From assembly GCA_023432985.1 (NCBI GenBank), contig JAEZEQ010000062.1, positions 69,907-133,906 of the forward strand: a DNA stretch of 64,000 nt, given 5' to 3'. Below the pieces are notes generated by a model. It ran no database searches. It was not told the DNA's origin and saw nothing but the letters and a program-made list of their open reading frames with translations. The translations under genes and the position numbers were made by a program. Positions within the stretch are counted from its first letter, which is position 1, and every line of letters starts with the position of its first letter. Below, piece by piece: positions 58,948 to 64,000 of this stretch. The stretch is from Bacteroidota bacterium. Lineage in GTDB: Bacteria > Bacteroidota > Bacteroidia > CAIKAF01.

Positions 58948-58993
58948 TCTACCTAAAAATAATTATATTTGAAGCATAAAAACTATAACTAAA

Positions 58994-60160
58994 ATGAAAA
59001 AATTATTTACTCTAGCATTTACTTTAGGTGCTCTAGGCGCATTACAAGCCCAAATAACCATTACAGATTCTGACTTTGCTTCTGTTGGGGATGTGGTAAA
59101 AATGGGCGTGGATACCCTGCCGGTTTCCAATTTGGATCTGGGACAACCCGGGCCTCAGCGTCACTGGTATTTCGAAGATTTACAAACCAATTATTTGAAA
59201 AACATAAACTTCCAAGATCCAAGTTCATTGCCGAACGGAGCCAGCTTCCCTACTTCCAATATTGCACAAATTGAAAATGGGAATACTGTTTTCCTCGAAA
59301 AAACATCTGCAGGAATCGAGGTTATCGGTACCGTACAAATGTTCAACGGTATGAGTTTCGATGCTCATTTTAATCCGACTTATACCATTTTACCTTTCCC
59401 GTTAAACTACAATGATACCTACGGTGGAACTTATCAATTTTCCGAAAAAATATATTTAGGCATTGATACTACTGTAAATGTAGGTACTCCGGTGCAAATT
59501 CAGCTCGATTCGGTGTGGATTAAAAGAGCATCTACCATCAATGCTACCGTCGATGCATGGGGAACCATCTATAGTCCATTGGCTCACGTACCCGCACTTC
59601 GTGCCAGTGTAACTCAAGTAAATGTTGATTCTACTTGGGTATATTTCGGTCAAGCCGTTAATATCCCGTTTGTAATAAACATTCCACAAGGTTGGAACCT
59701 GATCGACCAAGCTATGGCGAGTCAGATTGCTATGGCTGATCCGGCTTTAGGAGCTGCGTTAGGAAATGCAACCAGTACCACTACCGTTAACACCAAAGAG
59801 TTTTTTGCAAAAAATTACAAATACCGTTTTGCTTCTATAGAAGTAGATGCAAATAATACGCCTATTCGTGCCGAATTCCTTTCGAATGAAAGTGTAATGA
59901 ATGCATTAGAAAGCTTTGAATCAAATCCGGCTCTTAAGGTTTATCCAAACCCAACTGCCTCTTTCATTTCATTCACAGAAAACCTAATGCCTGGAACAGA
60001 ATATCGTATTTATGATATGAAAGGTGCCGTAATTGAAGCAAAAAATATTCAATCGAATACCTTGTCTGTTTCCCATTTGGCTAACGGAAATTATACCATA
60101 GTGCTTTATAATGCCAATCAAACCGTATTGGCCAGCGAAAAATTCATCGTCGCTAAATAA
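58994..60160 (+). CDS. secreted protein with T9SS type A C-terminal sorting domain
   Basis: 388 aa with a signal peptide (MKKLFTLAFTLGALGALQAQ). The C-terminal ~75 aa LKVYPNPTASFISFTEN...YRIYDMKGAVIE...LANGNYTIVLY...KFIVAK match the Por secretion type A CTD. The body function is unknown. Confidence 0.7.
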   Translation: MKKLFTLAFTLGALGALQAQITITDSDFASVGDVVKMGVDTLPVSNLDLGQPGPQRHWYFEDLQTNYLKNINFQDPSSLPNGASFPTSNIAQIENGNTVFLEKTSAGIEVIGTVQMFNGMSFDAHFNPTYTILPFPLNYNDTYGGTYQFSEKIYLGIDTTVNVGTPVQIQLDSVWIKRASTINATVDAWGTIYSPLAHVPALRASVTQVNVDSTWVYFGQAVNIPFVINIPQGWNLIDQAMASQIAMADPALGAALGNATSTTTVNTKEFFAKNYKYRFASIEVDANNTPIRAEFLSNESVMNALESFESNPALKVYPNPTASFISFTENLMPGTEYRIYDMKGAVIEAKNIQSNTLSVSHLANGNYTIVLYNANQTVLASEKFIVAK

Positions 60161-60282
60161 TAAAGCAACATACACATTTTAAAGGCTATCCATAGGGTAG
60201 TCTTTTTTATTTTTCTATATGTGGGGAATGGTCTCGGAAACGGCAAAAGAAAAGATGTAACCTTAGTTTAGGATAAAACGTC

Positions 60283-60290
60283 TAACTTTG
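60283..60290 (+). promoter_or_regulatory. candidate -7 promoter element TAACTTTG upstream of the mevalonate operon
   Basis: It matches the Bacteroidota TAnnTTTG -7 consensus 20 nt upstream of the HMG-CoA reductase ATG. No clean -33 TTTG is found at canonical spacing. Confidence 0.3.
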
Positions 60291-60309
60291 CAAAAAAAAG
60301 AAATCAGAA

Positions 60310-61662
60310 ATGACGAATTCAAAAGCTATACAAGATATTGCCCATGGCTTTTCTAAATTGAGTAAAGAGGAAAAATTAAAAAAAACCGCATCTCTTTTTC
60401 CCAATCCCGAAGAGACAGAGAAAGAGTTTCAATCTTTCAATCATCCCGATAAAAACAAGCAAAAAGTATTCGACGAGTTTTCGGAAAATACCATAACCAA
60501 TTATTATTTCCCATACGGTGTTGTGCCCAATGTGATGATTAACGGCAAAAGTTATATGTTGCCCATGGTCATCGAGGAAAGCAGCGTGGTAGCAGCCGCA
60601 TCTAAAAGTGCTAAATTCTGGAGTACGCGGGGCGGATTTAAAGCGGAGGTAATCAGTACGAAAAAATTAGGTCAGGTTCACTTTATTTGGTTGGGCGATA
60701 AGGCAAAATTATATGCTGCATTTTCTGATTTGAAAGCTGAATTATTCGACCAAACTCAGCATATCACAGCCAATATGCAAAAGCGTGGTGGCGGGATTCT
60801 CGATATTGAACTCATAGACATGACGCATGAAGAGCCCGGCTATTATCAACTTAAGGCCACTTTCGAAACATGCGATAGCATGGGTGCCAATTTTATCAAT
60901 TCCTGCCTAGAGGAGTTTGCCATTATTTTGCGCAATTTCTTCGAGGACAGCGAGCAATTTCAGGGTAACGAAAAAGAAGTGACCGTAATTATGAGTATAC
61001 TCAGCAATTATACGCCCGATTGTTTGGTGCGCGTTTGGGTAGAATGTCCAATTGCCGATTTGGGTAGCTTTGAAGACGGGAAAATATCGCCGGAAGAATT
61101 TGCCCGAAAATTCGCCTTAGCTGTTAAAGTAGCCACTGTAGACCCATACCGTGCGGCAACCCACAATAAAGGAATTTATAACGGTATCGATTCTGTAGTT
61201 TTAGCCACCGGAAATGACTTCAGAGCCGTGGAAGCAGCAGGCCATACCTATGCTTCACGCAATGGGAAATACAGCTCGCTAACTTATATCGACTTATCGA
61301 ACGACACCTTTAAATACGTACTCGAAGTACCCATGGCTTTAGGTGTAGTGGGCGGATTAACCGCATTGCATCCTATGGCCAAAAAATCTATAGAAATGCT
61401 GGGGAACCCATCGGCAAGTGAATTGATGATGATCACCGCAACGGCAGGAATGGCAAATAATTTCGGAGCCTTACATTCGCTTACAACAAGCGGGATTCAG
61501 AAAGGACACATGAAAATGCACTTACTCAATATACTAAACCATTTTGATGCCGATGAAGTGGAAAAAGTGGAAGCCGTAGAATATTTTAAAACCAATAAAG
61601 TGTCCTTTAATTCGGTTCGCAGCTTCCTGATTGCATATCGCGAAAATATTTTAAAAGGCTAA
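60310..61662 (+). CDS. hydroxymethylglutaryl-CoA reductase
   Basis: 450 aa. Overall collinearity with class I HMGR catalytic domains is visible (..EESSVVAAASKSAKFW.., ..DSMGANFINS.., ..ATGNDFRAVEAAGH..). Confidence 0.85.
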   Translation: MTNSKAIQDIAHGFSKLSKEEKLKKTASLFPNPEETEKEFQSFNHPDKNKQKVFDEFSENTITNYYFPYGVVPNVMINGKSYMLPMVIEESSVVAAASKSAKFWSTRGGFKAEVISTKKLGQVHFIWLGDKAKLYAAFSDLKAELFDQTQHITANMQKRGGGILDIELIDMTHEEPGYYQLKATFETCDSMGANFINSCLEEFAIILRNFFEDSEQFQGNEKEVTVIMSILSNYTPDCLVRVWVECPIADLGSFEDGKISPEEFARKFALAVKVATVDPYRAATHNKGIYNGIDSVVLATGNDFRAVEAAGHTYASRNGKYSSLTYIDLSNDTFKYVLEVPMALGVVGGLTALHPMAKKSIEMLGNPSASELMMITATAGMANNFGALHSLTTSGIQKGHMKMHLLNILNHFDADEVEKVEAVEYFKTNKVSFNSVRSFLIAYRENILKG

Positions 61663-61663
61663 A

Positions 61664-62566
61664 ATGCAAAAAAAAGCGCACGGCAAATTTTTACTCACCG
61701 GCGAGTATTTGGTACTCAAAGGTGCTAAATCTTTGGCCTTACCTCTCAAATATGGGCAAAGCATGCAGGTTGAAGAGAGCGGGAATTTGCATTGTATATG
61801 GGACAGTTTGCAAAATGGAAACTCCTGGTTCCATGCTCAGTTCGACCAAGACCTGAAGCTTCAGCAAACAAATGATAATGAAGTGGCTCACATATTGGAG
61901 GAAATATTCGAAAATATTCTTTTGCAAAATCCCAATGCCAAGGAATTATTTGTGGGTAAATCTTTCCGTTTTGATACCGATTTTCCACGAAACTGGGGAT
62001 TGGGAACCAGCTCTACTTTAGTGGCCTTATTGGCCGATTATGCCCAATGCAATCCCTATCAAATCCTTGAAAAAAGCTTCGGAGGCAGTGGATACGACTT
62101 GGCTTGTGCCTTTGCGCAGGGACCCATATTTTATACCCGAAATGGATATAATCCCATCGTAGAAAATGCGCATTTCAATCCGAGTTTTGCCGATAAAATT
62201 TATTTCGTCTATCTTGGTCAAAAACAAAACAGCGCCAAAGAGGTGAAGAAATTCTTCAAAGAAGCACAAATTCACCCCGAAGATTTGCAAAAAATTTCTC
62301 ATTTATCCGAAGCATTTTGTTTGGCACAAAATGTGCAGGAACTGATGCAAGCCATGAAAGAACACGAACAAATAATGAGTCGCATTTTAAATACAAAAAC
62401 AGTCCAGGAATTGCACTTTGCCGATTTCGACGGAGCTGTAAAAAGTATGGGAGCCTGGGGCGGCGATTTTATAATGGTAGCGTCTGACAATGAACCAAAT
62501 AAGGTAAAAGAATATTTTTTAAACAAAGGATTTGTAACAATACTGGGTTACTCAAACGTCTTATAG
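61664..62566 (+). CDS. GYDIA-family GHMP kinase (candidate phosphomevalonate kinase)
   Basis: 300 aa with the GHMP ATP-binding motif NWGLGTSSTLVALL and the family motif GSGYDLACAF (GYDIA-type). It lies 1 nt after HMGR and 10 nt before MVD. Confidence 0.6.
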   Translation: MQKKAHGKFLLTGEYLVLKGAKSLALPLKYGQSMQVEESGNLHCIWDSLQNGNSWFHAQFDQDLKLQQTNDNEVAHILEEIFENILLQNPNAKELFVGKSFRFDTDFPRNWGLGTSSTLVALLADYAQCNPYQILEKSFGGSGYDLACAFAQGPIFYTRNGYNPIVENAHFNPSFADKIYFVYLGQKQNSAKEVKKFFKEAQIHPEDLQKISHLSEAFCLAQNVQELMQAMKEHEQIMSRILNTKTVQELHFADFDGAVKSMGAWGGDFIMVASDNEPNKVKEYFLNKGFVTILGYSNVL

Positions 62567-62576
62567 GCGATTTCAT

Positions 62577-63659
62577 ATGAATACTACAAGCAAAACTTTA
62601 ACAGAAAGACTACCTGAAACATTTGTAGCCGGCATAACCGAGTGGACAAGTCCCTCGAATATTGCATTGGTTAAATATTGGGGTAAATACGACAATCAAA
62701 TTCCTGCGAATCCATCCATCAGTATTACGCTGTCGGCTTGTCATACCAAGACAGAAATGCATTGGAAAAAGTCGGAAACGGGTCAATTCGCCATAGATTT
62801 TTATTTCGACGGAGCGAAAAATGAGGCTTTTGGAAATAAGATTAAAAAGTTTTTAGAATCCTTACCCGAGAGAAATTATATAAAAGACCTGCATATTACG
62901 GCATATTCGTCCAACACTTTCCCTCATTCGGCAGGAATAGCATCTTCTGCCAGTGGAATGAGTGCATTTGTACTTTGTTTTTTGGAAATGGAAAAACAAG
63001 TATTCGGACTTCACGAAAATGAAAATGATTTTTATCGGGAAGCCAGTATATTATCGCGTTTGGCGAGTGGAAGTGCGAGCCGAAGTGTTTATGGGGGATT
63101 AGTAAGCTGGGGCCAATCGAATGTATTAGCCGACAGTTCAGATCTTTATGCCACACAGTATCAAGGTGCATTACATGCCGATTTTAAAAATCTGCAAGAT
63201 TCCATTATCATTTGCGACCGAGGTGAAAAAAGCGTGAGTTCGAGAGCCGGTCATGGTTTAATGAAAACCAATCCATACGCTGCGCGTCGATTTGAACATG
63301 CACACGAAAACATGGCTGCTTTAATGGAATCTATGTCGAAAGGCGATTGGGATACATTTGCCGCTTTAGTAGAAAATGAAGCGCTGACATTACACGGCAT
63401 GATGATGATGAGTTACCCTTGGTTCATTTTGATGAAACCAAAGACCATTGCATTATTAGACGTCATAAAAAACTACAGAGAGAAAAATGGCATACGCATG
63501 TGTTTCACACTAGATGCAGGCCCGAATATACACCTTATCTACCCTGAATCAGAAAAAGAAAAGGTGCATCAATTTCTCAAAAACGAAATAGAAAATCTTT
63601 TACCGGAAAATTCCATTATCTTTGATCAAGAAGGTAATGGTCCGAAAAAAATGAAATAA
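62577..63659 (+). CDS. mvaD: diphosphomevalonate decarboxylase
   Basis: 360 aa. SNIALVKYWGKYDNQIPANPSISITLS, the GHMP motif FPHSAGIASSASGMSAF and a C-terminal Asp-containing region match MVD. Confidence 0.9.
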   Translation: MNTTSKTLTERLPETFVAGITEWTSPSNIALVKYWGKYDNQIPANPSISITLSACHTKTEMHWKKSETGQFAIDFYFDGAKNEAFGNKIKKFLESLPERNYIKDLHITAYSSNTFPHSAGIASSASGMSAFVLCFLEMEKQVFGLHENENDFYREASILSRLASGSASRSVYGGLVSWGQSNVLADSSDLYATQYQGALHADFKNLQDSIIICDRGEKSVSSRAGHGLMKTNPYAARRFEHAHENMAALMESMSKGDWDTFAALVENEALTLHGMMMMSYPWFILMKPKTIALLDVIKNYREKNGIRMCFTLDAGPNIHLIYPESEKEKVHQFLKNEIENLLPENSIIFDQEGNGPKKMK

Positions 63660-63665
63660 TCAGCA

Positions 63666-64000
63666 ATGCATTCTAAAAATTTCAAATCGAAGATATTGTT
63701 GTTTGGTGAGTACAGCATCATTCACAATTCAATGGGACTAACCATTCCTTTTGATTTCTATAAGGGCAAACTTACCTTTAAATCTAGAAATTTAACTGCC
63801 GAGCAAGCACAACAAAGCAATGCAGATTTAAAAACCTACGCCACCTATTTAAAAGGTTTGGTAGAAAAAAACGAATTGGGTTTTGCTTTTGATATCGACA
63901 CCTTATTAAATGATATTGAAAAGGGATTAATTTTCGACAGCACCATTCCTCAAGGCTATGGAGTGGGTTCTAGCGGAGCTTTGGTTGCCGCTTTGTACGA
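63666..64000 (+). CDS. mevalonate kinase (GHMP kinase), N-terminal part; continues past the window end
   Basis: From the ATG at 63666 the product reads MHSKNFKSKILLFGEYSIIHN...STIPQGYGVGSSGALVAALY, with the GHMP kinase ATP-binding motif. No stop occurs before position 64000. It is absent from the ORF track because it is open-ended. Confidence 0.6.
   Translation, partial: MHSKNFKSKILLFGEYSIIHNSMGLTIPFDFYKGKLTFKSRNLTAEQAQQSNADLKTYATYLKGLVEKNELGFAFDIDTLLNDIEKGLIFDSTIPQGYGVGSSGALVAALY

Noticed and set aside
1-64000. Mobile elements, integrases, prophage or defence-system genes, looked for especially next to tRNA-Phe
   Set aside because: No transposase, integrase, recombinase, restriction-modification, toxin-antitoxin or nuclease/ATPase defence-like ORFs are present. 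No direct repeats flank tRNA-Phe. The only repeats are coding PKD arrays and regulatory-scale motifs.

Overview
This 64 kb window is an AT-rich chromosomal segment from a Bacteroidota genome. The phylum call rests on T9SS type A and type B C-terminal sorting domains, DUF1573 and DUF2141 proteins, a CarboxypepD_reg TonB-dependent receptor, BshC, TAnnTTTG-type promoter elements and GYDIA-type mevalonate-pathway genes. Coding density is high and most genes are housekeeping: the LptB C-terminus, tRNA-Phe, CoaX, PdhA/E2, a dodecin, an S41 protease, MurI, L31 type B, BshC, RluA, PurT, ClpB, Mpl, MenF/MenD/MenB, dNK, SppA, MetK, RlmD, an azurin, YceI and a catalase. A four-gene mevalonate operon (HMG-CoA reductase, GYDIA kinase, MVD, mevalonate kinase) runs off the 3' end of the window. 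I found no CRISPR array, transposase, integrase or prophage signature. The stretches that read as accessory or unusual are: (1) two tandem paralogous giant secreted proteins (1389 and 1041 aa) with a shared, apparently unnamed Cys-containing N-terminal domain, PKD-like repeat arrays and T9SS type B C-terminal domains, neither followed by a sprF/porP-like partner gene, and one carrying near-identical ~500 bp intragenic tandem repeats; (2) a CarH/LitR-like AdoB12-binding MerR regulator immediately upstream of an ECF sigma factor, with repeated TTAAACA motifs in the intervening 240 bp; (3) an unannotated 39-codon Cys-rich lipopeptide ORF in front of a TonB-dependent receptor whose terminator hairpin carries a C10 homopolymer in its loop; (4) a C-terminal TolC-family gene remnant; (5) a translationally coupled GNAT/fold-type-III racemase pair; and (6) a His/Met-rich lipoprotein paired with azurin in a redox-stress neighbourhood. 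Every call below comes from reading the supplied translations and DNA; no database search was run.
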